A stretch of DNA of 62,542 nucleotides, filler included, from Sphacelaria rigidula (taxonomy: Eukaryota), in assembly GCA_964200075.2 (NCBI GenBank). It is 6 parts of 6 records of this genome, joined end to end, with 100 filler letters (N's around TTAATTAATTAA, not from the genome) between each part and the next. Parts side by side here need not be neighbours in the genome. Positions count along the whole stretch, not along the records: positions 1 to 10,341 come from CAXNAA020006689.1; positions 10,442 to 20,782 come from CAXNAA020006690.1; 4 more parts are not named here. One strand, written 5' to 3'. The position numbers were made by a program, and so were the translations under genes. Positions 1 through 11,548 of the stretch are shown one piece after another. Below the pieces are notes generated by a model. That model saw nothing but the letters and a program-made list of their open reading frames with translations. It was not told the origin of the DNA and ran no database searches. How positions within the stretch are numbered: position 1 is the stretch's first letter; each line of letters opens with the position of its first letter.

Positions 1-2
1 GA

Positions 3-71
3 AGATTTTAATCCTCCGGGTTCTCATCCTCAATGAAAAGCACCATCCTCAACATAGATGATCGGCTGTTT
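3..71 (-). mobile_element. Partial MITE, same family as 52205-52308, truncated by the contig end
   Basis: Near-identical to the reverse complement of 52205-52272; includes one TIR (aaagcaccatcctcaacatagatgatcggctgttt). Confidence 0.75.
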
Positions 72-139
72 ATAGCGGGAATCTAAGAGTAAATAGGAGA
101 AAGAGGGGGCAGAAATAGGATGTGAAGTTGGAGAGTACG

Positions 140-3100
140 CATGGACAGGAAAAAGCGGGAGGGACAGAAACACAAGAACACGGGAGCGGGGAGAGTAGGC
201 TTCTTGGACGAGGAATACCTGTGAGACATGATAGAGATGATCAAAGATACGGTATTTGACGACGGCATATAGATAGGGTACCAAGAGAGCCGGGAACGGA
301 AATGTTTTCTTCAAAAATATCTCTATGCCCTCAGGGTCGAAGCGTGCGGTGAAAGATTTACAGAGGAAACTCTGAGAGATAGCAACAGATGTACAGAAGT
401 GTAGAACGGCAAGGTGATGTTTTAATGCAGGGGTTGGAAAAGCAAGCGAACAGACCGATGACATTGAGCAATACGGGTAAACGAAGAATACGAATGGGGT
501 ATATGTCGAAGTTCCTTGACGATAACGACGAGATGAAGACGCTCAACCATAGAGCACAAAAGGCCAGAATCGCAATTGATTGACTGATTTATGATTGTCG
601 CACTTGAACTTTGGACTAGACAATGTATACAAAAAAAGAGGAAGCTCCATTCTTGACTGTACAGTGGTAGAATATGGAAGCAGTAAGGACACAGACGTAC
701 ACGTATGCGCAGCGGAAGCAAGAAGTAGGAATCAGATCAATGCCTAGTGAGGTCAGCCAACAGACGAGCGTCATGGAAATAGTCAGGGGTAGGTAGGTAT
801 ACAAGCATATAATATATGAGCAAGGAATACAAGAAAAACAGCAATAGTTGTATAGAAGGAATCGGGCAGGAGCGAAGATTATGGAAGGATGGGAGCAACT
901 GGTCAAGACCGCGGCGAGTAAAGTACAGAAGCTGATTGTACGCAACATAGCAGTAAAATGGTGGGATAACGAAGTAAAAGTGACCACACGAGCAGCGAGA
1001 GAGGCACATGCAAAATGACATCGAGTAAAACTACGGTAGGGTGGGAGGAGTGTACTGAGCAAGAAGAGAAGAAAAAAAAGGGAATAGGGGAAGATGTAGT
1101 CCGTATAGTAATTAAGGTTTCGATGGCGGGATGAAGAAGATATGGGTAGCGATACAAGGAACACTCGGCAAACGGGCAGGCCAGGCTGACAAGGGAATAC
1201 GCGGATTAAGAGCACAGAACGGTAAAATGGTTAGTAGTTCGAAGGGGAAGAAAAAACCACTAGTTACACATTTCAGCAAACTAGAAACACTAACAACTAA
1301 CAAGAGGTTCGGCGCGAAATTGGAAAAGAAAATCAACGCGTGGGCAGAGGCAAATATAGAGGCATCAAAACTGGAAGGTAGTGGTTCGAAAGAGTTGCAG
1401 AAAGAGCCCACAAGAAATACGCAGCAAATGACTGTGTAGCTAGAGTCAGAAATAGAAAGGCAGCAGGGGGGGGCGTACTCATCTGTTGCTTGCCTTAGTC
1501 GTTTGACCATTGGTCACGCATCCCTTTCGAGATGGAGCACCGTTCCTACTCCTGATAGAGCCACCTACAACATCCCGGCGCTCATTACGTTTCTTCCATA
1601 CATTACACGAGAACTTTTTACATGTCTTATCCCCGACCTGTCTCGCCGTCTCTGGCCACTATCTATCTCCTAGTATAGCCATCGTTTTCTCCCTACTGTC
1701 TAATGCATCGAACGATTCCATGCCCTCTGAAAGTCAGCAGGGGCAGACGAAATGATGAATGAATCGACGAAGTACGGGGGAGAGGGGATGGTTACCATGA
1801 TGATTATGTTGTATAATTGGATCTGTGAAAACGAGTATATACCCAAGAAGTGGAAAGGAATGATGGTCGTAAGCCTTTTCAATGAAGGGCACAAGGCTGA
1901 CCCAGGGAATTATATAGAGATGACGCTACTGGGCACGGCAGGGAAAACATCCTGTAAAATTCTGAGCGATAGAGTGGGAGCGATGCTGGAGAAGACAGGT
2001 AGGGTTGAGGCCAAGCCGTGGCTGCGTATACCATATGTACACATTGGGTGAGATTATTCAAGGTAGGAAAGACGCCGCGCTGACAACGTACTGTTTCTTT
2101 TTACACATACAAAAGACCAATGACACAGTACGGGGAAACAGAAGAATGTGGGAAAAGATGTAGGAACTAGGATCAGAGGAAAGATGTGGAGAGCGGTGAA
2201 AAAGATGAAAAAGTGAGCCCAAAATGCTATGATCCTAGGCGGGGAAATATCTTAATACGTCGATACTTGACAAGGACTTGCACATGGGTGTGCGTTGTCA
2301 CCTACTTTATTCAAGCTATGTATTAACGACATGACGGTAGCAATAAGAGCAGCGAAGCAAGGGGTCAGGGTGGGGGAAGATGCGGTATCAGGGTTGATGT
2401 TCGCGCATGATTTCGGGGAGATAGCAGAAACACCAGAAAGATCACAGAAACAAATAATAGAGAAGGCGCTAGAATATACTATGAAATGGAGAGTGACAGC
2501 GAACGTTACCAAATGTGCGGTACTTGTATGTAACGAAGATAAGAAGAACCCGGTAGAGCTCAAACGGAAGTGGGGAGAAAATAAGTTGCCGATCGTAAAC
2601 CAGTATACATACCTCGGCGTAGAAATTTCGAAAACGTGTTCCCGGGATGCACACATAGATAAAGTAATAGCCAAGGGTAAGGCGCAGATAGGCAAGATGA
2701 ACGTGACCCTCAGAGACTCGCACCTTAACACTAGGATCGAGGTGTGTATTCTGAATGCGATTGTATCGAAGCTAGAAAATGCGGAAGCATGGGAAGGGAA
2801 CACGACGTTGGTAGAGCAGCTGGAACCAATACAGATGACAGCTGCGAAGAAAGTTCTTGGAAGCTCAAAACGACGAGTAATACAGTGTTGAGAGCAGAAT
2901 TGAGAATATACCCTCTTGAATTAAATTGAGACTGGGAAAATTGTCATGGCAATATAACTTAAGGAACGTGTCGAGAGAGAGGTTGCCAGCCATAGTTGAG
3001 AGAGCTGCAGGGAAGAAAGGTAGGGAAAGATAGGTTGGGAAAAGGTGGGATAGCGTAGTCGAGAAAGTATGGAAAGATACAGGACAACTGTTACGGGTAC

Positions 3101-3395
3101 AAGACAAAAGTAGGACGCATGTTGGAAACGAGGAAAAACAAGCGCTACGACGGAAAGTGGACGAGGAAGGATACCTGAAGATATAGGGGAGTTGAGAGAT
3201 GGGGGATAGGGGTAAAAACATATGTGCATGGCCCAATGGACTACGAAAAAAGTTGAAGATGCGAATCCGGGTGGGGAACCTAGACCTCCCAGGAGGTAGA
3301 ACCATCTATACCAGTAGTGGGGTGGAAGAAGAAGGAGATGCACAGAATTCCCCCTACGGCGGAGCAACAAAGAGTAGAACTCATATAATGGGACT
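140..3395 (+). mobile_element. Decayed non-LTR retrotransposon (LINE; APE endonuclease plus RT), with many stops and frameshifts
   Basis: APE-like remnant GD(V)FNAGVG near 413-438. RT N-terminus 'KYGGEG...IPKKWKGMMVVSLFNEGHKADPGNYIEMTLL' (1752-2051). RT core 'QGLAHGCALSPTLFKLCINDM...GLMFAHDF' (FADD equivalent) and 'YTYLGVEI' (2270-2630). Confidence 0.9.
1455..1743 (-). mobile_element. 5'-truncated LINE 3'-end fragment inserted antisense inside the LINE, with a 15-bp TSD
   Basis: Flanked by gaaaggcagcagggg (1455-1469) and gaaagtcagcagggg (1729-1743). Removing it restores the host reading NRKAAG-ADEMMNE. The insert is homologous to 20036-20268 and ends gcaacagatgagtacgcccccccc. Confidence 0.85.
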
Positions 3396-3779
3396 TGATG
3401 GGCAAATGTCCACAAACACCGATTTCGTCGATTTCCGCACTGTCGGCCCTCGCGCAAATGCTTCAGTTCCACCACCCGCGCCAACCCTCCCCGCGCCCCG
3501 CGCCCGGCCGCCACCAACAACACCTACTGCTCCCACGAGCAGCGTAGCACCGGCTCCCCCCAACAGTGCACCACGAGCTTGACAACACCCGCCACACGCA
3601 ATTATCACAACAAGCGCCGAGCTCGCTCTCCGGCGCGCACTACTTCGACAACGCCGCCCTCCGCGGCACCGTCAGTGCCCACCCTCTCTGATGATCCCGA
3701 TGTACATATCGACGTTGGCATCTCCGCCGCGTCGCCTGTTCCACCGCTTCCTGAGCCACCATGTCTGGTCGGCTCTCCG

Positions 3780-6007
3780 GCGGAAGGCCAACTGCGCGAG
3801 TTCCTCGCCAGCACCTCCCGCCGTGATTGGGCTCGTGAAAAACAAGCAGAACCATTATGCCGCGCAACCATGCGGTGCCTCCATGCTGGCTACCCTGCCC
3901 CTATCCCGGCCAATATTCTGGCCCGGTTGGTACACTGCCACCACCAAACGCCTCTGAGGTGTACGAACGCGCACGTAAAGGTACTATCTTCACAGCTGAT
4001 GGCGGTATCCAACTGCTTATCCGCCGCCCTATGCCCCAGCCGTGTGTAACTTCACCCGACACCATTGGACGTCATGCACGCCTACTCGACAATGAACCCA
4101 CCCGGATATATGTCCTATTTTTGATGCGACCGTGGGTAATGAAAGGCTGCCACACTGGCCTGTCTTGCCACCCTGGTGTCACGCGCACATTAGCGTTACT
4201 TGAACGTTTCTACTGGTGGATCGGTTTGAAAGTTTCCACCCGCTTCTGGATTCGGCGCTACTTCAAGTGTCAAGCTCGCAAAACCTCACGGTAGGCAATA
4301 CGTTGGCCAGTCATTTCGATGGCACTTCCCAACGCTCCTGGTCACCTCGTGACTCTCGACTATTTCGGTCCTTTACCGATCACTGACCGTGGGAACACCT
4401 ACATTTTCCTCTTTATCGACCGCTTCAACCGTCATGCGTCCATGTACACAGTCACCGCTGGAGACTTCACAGCGGCGGAGCGGCGGCACAGCTTAGTTCA
4501 CGACAATATCAAAAACAATGGTTGTACGAAATGGCTTCTCCCCGATGATGGTGAGTAGTTTGCTCCGCTCTCTCGGACGATCTGTATACGTTCCTGGGCA
4601 TTCGCAAGATAGCCACGAGCGCTGACCACCCCAAAGGTAACGGTGGTATTGAAAAACTTGACCACACCATGACCCAAATGCTATATATGGTAGTCAACGA
4701 TCGTCAAAACGATTGGGATCTCCATCTTTGAATTGTCATGCTGTCTTATAACAGCTCGGTCAACGCTGCTACCGGTCTCTCTCCGAACGAGTTACATTTC
4801 GGCCGCTACCTCCGTCTGCCCATTACCGTGTTTGAGAGACACGCCTTCGATAGTCACCAAGGCTTGAATCAGGATCAGATATCCTACCATGACCTGGCGC
4901 ATGCACGCCAGCGCAAAGCTTTCACTCTCGTGCGTGAACAACACGCTATCGCGCCTTGAAAGATCTAATGATGCTCCCCACAATTTGATGCACAAACGCC
5001 CTACTTGAAAGGTTGGCGATTGAGTCTGGGTTTACAACAGTTTGTCGACCATCCGCCAAGGCGCCAACAGAGCCGCCGACGAGACAGTCTTAAAGACTAC
5101 GCTATCCCTTAACTGGACAGGGCCATTCAAGATTCTGACCGTAGGGCCCTCGCCATCGTCACCTGATAGCGACCCTGTTGGTGAAAACCTTCTCTATCTC
5201 GATCTCCCTCGCGATCTTCAGGGACATGGCGCCGAATCTTGCGTCTCTGTGCGCCGTTGTAAACCTTGCACAAATCCGCATGACACTAGCGACATGTCCA
5301 AATATCTGCCTGCCCGTCTTACGCAATACGTGCTCAACAGCCGTTCGACCAAGTCATCGCCTGATCACATTACTACGGACGACGTGACGGAACAACCCCG
5401 GCGCCTCGCCGTGTCCCACATCTCTGGTCACTAGATCACCCGTGGTCGAGGAAGTAAGATTGCTGTCATGTACAAAATTCAGTGGCAAGGTCTTCGGAGA
5501 GCGTCCTGGGGACGCGACTCCGAGCTTCAGCTGCACCGCCGAGCTGTTCTCCTGTACTGGACACAACCTCAGGAGCAACATCTTGCTAACAACTAGTAAT
5601 ATCGCAATATGCGCCGCGGCGCAGCAGCACGCGAACTTCACCGTGACAAAGGTTCGCGCTTTGTCGCCGATGGCTATGAATTGGTAGCCACTAAGCATTG
5701 GGGAGAAAACGTCCACGCGAAACATGAAGCCCTCCCAAAAGGCGCCTACCTGTGGTACGGAGGTAGCGACAACTTCTGGTGGCTGGGCCAGACCCACTCC
5801 ACAGACCTGACCGCGCCTGGCACATACATTCTGCGCTTCATCGGTGACCCCGGACCCGTGCAGCTGAAGCTCCGCCCAGAGCTTTACACCACCAGCCCAT
5901 CCGCACCACGAGGATCTTGGTGTCTTCAGCGACTCAAGTCCAAAGGCCTCCGCCGCGGAATCCAACATAACATCGATCGCACACATGATGCCAACGCACC
6001 GCTTTAA
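3780..6007 (+). mobile_element. Decayed Ty3/Gypsy (chromovirus-like) pol fragment: integrase Zn domain, rve core, GPF motif, chromodomain
   Basis: Motifs 'CHTGLSCHPGVTRTLALLERFYWW...KCQARK', 'VTLDYFGPLP...YIFLFIDRF', 'HPKGNGGIE', 'YNSSVNAATGLSPNELHFGR', 'NWTGPFKIL'. Chromodomain-like 'VSHISGH*ITRGRG...YKIQWQGLRRASWGRDSEL' at about 5410-5530. No RT or RNase H visible. Confidence 0.9.
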
Positions 6008-6859
6008 GCTTCCACAGACCTCCTGGTTGTCGACCCACGACATTTCCCTTTTTTTCTCTTTCCTCTGTCGGTTAGATATTTCCCCCTGCTTTCATCATTC
6101 AGGACACACTAGTGCCATCCACCGACTTCTTGAACAGCCTCAATCGGAGCTCCGTCGGCGCACAACCACGGACCACGAATGGAACTTGCCTGGAGTACCT
6201 TCATCCTCGGCTACTGGAGCTTTTCGTATTCTCGCTCTTGATTTGATACAGGAGCTGGACCCCTTGCAGTCTTTGAGTTGCTGATTCCTTTCCTTTCCTC
6301 AGTCACCATGCCCTCGTCGCATGTGATTGACCTTTCGACGCTTGAGTTTGGTATCACCCACGTAGACGTTGTGTCCCTGGTGTGTCTTCCGTTTTCCTTC
6401 TTCACTTTGACTAGCGCGTCGGAGTATTTTTGTGCTCTCCCGTTTAAGTTCGCTAGCCCTCAGCAGCATTGTGTGCTCCTGCGTCTTCAAGCGCACTTGC
6501 GCTTTTCGGGAGCAGAATGTGCTTCCCTTGTTTGAGGTGTGGGAGGATCAGGCAACGGAGTGGATGTTGCCCTCCTGGTCTGGGCTTTACCTTCTCTCTC
6601 AGTCACTACGGCCGAGTGTTGTTACAGCATTTGAGTTCGCCGAGTTCGTCCTCCTTGCCGTTCATGATTTTACGTGGAGTAAATCTTCGATTTGCATTGC
6701 TTTTTGAGACTCCTCATCGCAACTGTAATAAAGGATCGTCGGGATAGGCTAGTCTCATGAGGCTATGAGGCGTTTGTGAACAAATGCGGACCCGTATAGT
6801 TGCGGGTCTGATCAGGCTTGACGAGGTCGGACGTGAAGGTGATAAAGGGGAACAGGTTA

Positions 6860-7054
6860 CGGTGTAATGCGTAAGAGGGTCACGTGGAGAACCGCATCGG
6901 AATATGAACATCTCTATGGTTAGGGTTAGGGTTGAGGTCAGAGGTGTGGTCCCTGCAGGAAATGACCCGATTGCTTTTGAAAAGAGTCGATCCTGAGATG
7001 TCTTGGACTACGACGTGGTCCTCTAAGCACGCGGTCCTCTCACGCATTGCAACG
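6860..7054. mobile_element. MITE with internal TTAGGG repeats and a 5-bp TSD
   Basis: Imperfect TIRs cggtgtaatgcg... / ...cgcattgcaacg; TSD ggtta at 6855-6859 and 7055-7059; internal ggttagggttagggttg. Inverted homologue of 9619-9840. Confidence 0.85.
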
Positions 7055-7818
7055 GGTTAGAAGCACCTTCTGCCGTTTACTCGCTAAGCGGAGCCAACTG
7101 CTAAGCATTGCTATAGCCGATGAGCAACGTGAAAAATCATTGAACAGAGCGAAAACGAATACGAGTGAACAAGAATCTTTTGTATCAAGTGGATAAAGCT
7201 TACTGCGTGAAGCTATTGAGGTGTGAACTGTTTCGGACACGATTATATCCTGCGAGGGCTGACCCCGCCAGGACTGTCAGACTTGACCCCCGTGCACACA
7301 GAGGTGCGCGTTTCACAACCGGGCAGTGCTACGGTAGGGGTGCACTTTTTTCGCGATATTATGTCTAGTTCAGGGGCTCCTAACGGTTCAAGATGCGCAA
7401 AAATATGGGTCAGGACATCCCCGTTTGCAAATTCATTTGGGATATCCCCAGCACATTGAAGTAGTAATCCTTGCGTACTTTCACACATTTTCATATGTCG
7501 CTTTTGCATGAGATAAAGGGCTGCTAGAAATCCCAACCTCAGAAAATATTTGGGCACCCCTACCGTAGCAACACTCAACCCTATCACAGTAGCCCAGGCA
7601 GTGGCGCCCCTGTCTTGTTCTCTAGGTTGTCGACACATTTTCGTGGTTTTAATCCCCAGCCACGTGGATCAGCTGTGCTGTTATCTCCACACTTTGGTCT
7701 TTGGGGCTTCTGCCTTTCCTCAGCTTGCAGTCTCTCGCTTTCTTTGCCTCTTCTTCACTCGTTGCTCTTCTCGTTCCTCCCATATTTGTGGCAGAAGAGC
7801 CAATACACGACGCTTGAC

Positions 7819-7819
7819 A

Positions 7820-7861
<42 letters not shown>
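7819..7861. repeat. (AATC)n microsatellite
   Basis: About 10 perfect AATC units. Confidence 0.95.
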
Positions 7862-8345
7862 CGAATCATCTCATTCTCGTTCTGCACTCCAATCTATGCG
7901 TGTGCGCACATCAGTCCTGCACTGGTATGTGTGGACGCGGATAACCTAGATGTGTGATCAAGAGGAAAACCCACGCGTGAGGGTGTTCGGTGCACCGTTC
8001 TATCCCCGTTAGCATGTGTTTCGCGCATTCTCCTTCTCCTTTCTCCTTTCTCCTTTTCCCTCCTCCTTTCTTCATGCGCTTACGCGCATTCAGTCGTCTT
8101 CATCTACCGACTACCCTCGCTCGACCATTGCGGGGATAGAATATGTAAGACCTGGGATGTAGGAAGCGTGGATTTGCGATATTCACCAAGGTCAGGCCGC
8201 TTCCTTTCCGTATTTTCCCATGGACAGAAACCCCGCGCGGTACGCACGCACGCCAGTTTTCCTCCCGGGCTTGCCCCTTGCTTTAGCGAGTGTTTTCATT
8301 CCTTGGGTGTTTGGTTTCTGGCTTGTCTCTGCCTGCGTCTGTAAG

Positions 8346-8498
8346 GCCTCCTCGAAAGGAGAGCAAAACCGGCTACGGTTGCTCTGGCATGGGATGACCT
8401 ATCCCGACTTGATCGGGCAGTGCCCAGCCACCCCTCACTGCCGACGTATGAAAGATTTGCTACAGCACATGGTGGGGTGCACCGATGAGACGTGCCAG
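8346..8498 (+). CDS. Internal exon, TAZ-type zinc finger (first part)
   Basis: ag acceptor and gtgagt donor; 153 nt, phase 0. Reads 'QNRLRLLWHGMTYPDLIGQCPATPHCRRMKDLLQHMVGCTDETCQ', matching the zf-TAZ pattern of CBP/p300-like proteins. Confidence 0.75.
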
Positions 8499-8869
8499 GT
8501 GAGTATTGCATTCCACAGTACCAGGGCACACGGTTGTAGACGTAATGTCGTACTTACACCGCTTTAACTACTTTTCACGATGGGAATTTGTGGCGAAATT
8601 CCCCATCACCGTGCGTGCATGCGAGTCGAGGGTGTTTATCGGTTCCCCCTCTTCCGCCACCCCATGTTGCCGAGCTTCCGTTTTGAATATCCATTTGGAT
8701 GCTTGTTTGATGCATATGAGCCGTTCGCTTTGAGGTTTGTGCGTTATCTTCTCTGTTTGCGATGGCTGCTTTTCATACTCATCACTTTCTCGAAGGTGTT
8801 AAGCGGTCTACCATCGCTCGTTTTTGCGTCTTGGTGTGTTTCTCGCCCCTGCATCATTTGCCACTGCAG

Positions 8870-8986
8870 GCTCGATGCTGTGTCAAGTCACGCTACGCGC
8901 TACGACACGACGGTCGCTGCAGGAAGAACACGTGCTGTATGTGTGGGCCCGTGCGACCCACCATCGCCGCATTGAGGCGGAAGCAA
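8870..8986 (+). CDS. Internal exon, TAZ-type zinc finger (second part)
   Basis: ctgcag acceptor and gtgagt donor; 117 nt, phase 0. 'ARCCVKSRYALRHDGRCRKNTCCMCGPVR' completes the TAZ domain (SRYxLxH..C....C..CGPVR). Confidence 0.75.
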
Positions 8987-9517
8987 GTGAGTGTTGCGGT
9001 AGAGCGGTAACTTGAGGATACATGATTACCTCTCAGGACCTGATCCCATACGTGTTGTACGCGACTCGAGTCCCACCACTGATACCCGTCACTCGGTCAG
9101 CTCCATGGCGCGGCCATTCTCTTAGTAGAGCAGAGGGGTTCCGCGGCGTCATAGAGGGACCAGGATTGTGCCTCATTGCGACAGGGCTAGATCTCGTCTA
9201 GGTTTCGAAAGCGTCCTTGACGTCCAAGCAGACGCACCTCGTCGAGGCAGACATGCGACTAACGCACAGCTGGTTCAGCAGGCAAACATATCGATGTAGC
9301 GAGCGTTTCTCGTGATGTCGGCGTTTCGTAAGTCGCCGCCGCCGCGCGGTGTATGAGTACGGCCCCGTCAAGAGTAGGCAGCGGGGGAAGTTTGACGCTC
9401 AGCGGCGGATGCGGCAGGCTGAGGTTTGGACCCAAAAATGCTTGCCTGTGGAGTACGTTCACACCGGAAGCATATATTCGATAGCTATCTGTTGATTGCT
9501 TGGAATTCCAGGCCAAG

Positions 9518-9995
9518 TGTTGGTGCGGCGTTGTTCTTTTGCGTTTGTTTACTTTCGGCTCGGTTCCGCTAGTCTGTGTTCGCTACTTTGCTTGTCTCAG
9601 GTTCGGCGTTCTTGTTCTCGTGTAATGCGTGAGAGGACCGCGTGCTTAGAGAACCGCATTGTAGTTTAAAACCCTTCAGGATCGGCCTTTTCCAGAACCA
9701 ATCGGGCCAGCCCTTGCAGGGACCACGCCCCTGACCCCAACCCCAACCCCAACACTAACCCCAACCCTAACCCTAACCATAGAGGTGTTTGAATTCTGAT
9801 GCGGTCCTCTAAGCACGCGGTCCTCTCACGCATTACACTGGTTCCTGACTCGCCGCTTCTGGTCTATTTGGTTTGGTCGAGTCGGGTTCGCATTTGGGCG
9901 GGAGGAAGGCCTCCTTGTTTGGCCTTTCCTGTGAACAAAAGCTCCGGCTTGACTTCGGGTCAGTCTGTGATTGCGACAGTGGGGGGAAAACAACA
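9518..9995 (+). mobile_element. Putative LTR (TGTTG...CAACA) followed by a PBS-like TGG motif; contains a MITE insertion
   Basis: Inverted termini tgttg (9518) and caaca (9991-9995), then aac-TGGTACTAGC. No partner LTR is visible in the contig. Confidence 0.35.
9619..9840. mobile_element. MITE with ~40-bp TIRs and internal CCCTAA/CCCCAA repeats
   Basis: TIR tgtaatgcgtgagaggaccgcgtgcttagag(a/g)accgcat at both ends; TSD gttct (9614-9618) and gttcc (9841-9845). Confidence 0.9.
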
Positions 9996-10060
9996 AACTG
10001 GTACTAGCACGTCGTTCTGCGAGCTTGCAAGTTCGTGAGTTCATGGGTTCGTGGGTTTTG

Positions 10061-10146
10061 TGACGGTTTAAGAGACAACCAACTAGACTACTGACCAGTC
10101 AGCGCTGACTGGTCAGTAGTCTAGTTGGTTGTCTCTTAAACCGTCA
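10061..10146. repeat. Perfect 86-bp palindrome with no spacer
   Basis: Two 43-bp arms that are exact reverse complements, centred on agcgct (10101-10106). Confidence 0.95.
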
Positions 10147-10341
10147 AAAACGTTAGTCGCTGGTTTGCTTCCCATCGGACGCACTTTCTTTGGAGAAAAA
10201 AGAGGAGAGAAAGCCTCTTAAAACATTTTCCCCAAGGAGAGAAAACCTCAGTAAAATTTCAGCCCGAAAGAAAAAGGGTGAGGTATATCCTGGTGGCTAT
10301 GTTTGGAGTAGACTGCTAGGGACCCCAGTGCACACACTCTG

Positions 10342-10441
10342 NNNNNNNNNNNNNNNNNNNNNNNNNNNNNNNNNNNNNNNNNNNNTTAATTAATTAANNN
10401 NNNNNNNNNNNNNNNNNNNNNNNNNNNNNNNNNNNNNNNNN
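10342..10441. other. Artificial contig spacer
   Basis: N44 + TTAATTAATTAA (stops in all six frames) + N44. Confidence 0.97.
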
Positions 10442-11034
10442 CCGTATGCAAGATAATCAATGCGCTTCGTGTGGGACAACTTGAGCAGTATGCAGCTCAC
10501 CCTTCATGCGACTCGCCGAGCACACCACGGCGCTTCGCGCTTGGTGATTGAATGCGAGCCTGAGCCGTCGAAAACCCGGCGTGCTCCGTCCTGGCTTTGA
10601 CGGGACGCGAGGTCGATGACCGTATGACTACGGCATCCATTAATCATAAGGACCCCCCCCCCCTCCCCCTCCGCGCGTGCCGCGCCCTCGCGTTGCGGGA
10701 GTGCCGACCCAATCCGCGGGTCAAAATACAAGGCGTGTATCGGGGAGAGAATGATCCCCTGAACCTACGGACTCGTCCCGAGGAGGGGGCGGGGATGGGG
10801 GGGGGTACTCATTTATTGCCTGCCTTGGTCGTGTCACGATTGAACACGCATCCCTTCCGAAGGGGAGGGATCTCATGTGCGACAAAAAAAAATCATCACT
10901 ACCCCTCCCCCCCTGTCTCATGACTATGGCATGCACGATCATGAGTACACCCTTCCCCCCCTCTCCCCTTTTCCCCTTCCCCTACCTCCACCCCACCACG
11001 TGTGCGCCTCCTTGATGGTGACGTGATTCGGCAG

Positions 11035-11142
11035 ATTCCCTACAAGATCGGTGAACCTAGGGTGGGAGATCTGGGGTGTGTGTACGCCGACCCGACGTTG
11101 GCGAGGGAAGAGCTTGGCTGGAAGGCCGAGAACGGTCTTGAG
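11035..11142 (+). CDS. galE: UDP-glucose 4-epimerase, penultimate exon
   Basis: cag acceptor and gttagt donor; 108 nt. 'IPYKIGEPRVGDLGCVYADPTLAREELGWKAENGLE' matches the GalE C-terminal signature (R.GD....YAD...A..ELGW.A). Confidence 0.88.
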
Positions 11143-11485
11143 GTTAGTCCACACTTGTCTGCCATCGCCTGGCATGCTTTCGCTCACTGAAATGAGGATG
11201 AGTTGTTGGATGGTGGATGGTGGATAATGCATTATCTTTCCCATTACAGGCATCGCTCGCTCGAAACAACCCATTCGGCCTACCGTTTGTTGCTTGGTGT
11301 TTGCCATTTTTCAAATACTTCAAATATCGCTATTTTTTTCAGTTTATTCGCGGTGCTGTGCAACCCTACCGAAGCAGCACACCACAACTATACGCACCCC
11401 TACCCCCAGCAAATCAAGATGTGCTAACTTGTTTCCATTTTTTGTTTTTTCGAAATCCCGCCCATGTACCGCTCCATTAACACAG

Positions 11486-11548
11486 GAGATGATGAGGGAC
11501 ATGTGGGCGTGGCAGAGCAAGAACCCCGATGGCTTTTCGGCTTCGTAG
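11486..11548 (+). CDS. galE: UDP-glucose 4-epimerase, terminal exon
   Basis: cag acceptor, then 'EMMRDMWAWQSKNPDGFSAS*', matching the GalE terminal motif (EM..D.W.WQ..NP.G). In phase with the previous exon. Upstream exons were not found in the contig. Confidence 0.88.
   Translation, partial: EMMRDMWAWQSKNPDGFSAS

Noticed and set aside
9735..9778. Chromosome end or telomere
   Set aside because: Short degenerate tract internal to a TIR-bounded MITE.
6860..9840. Composite (Pack-type) transposon capturing the TAZ exons
   Set aside because: Each MITE has its own distinct TSD, indicating independent insertions; there is no shared outer TSD.
10386..10397. TTAATTAATTAA motif recurring five times
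   Set aside because: Synthetic linker inside N-runs, not biological.
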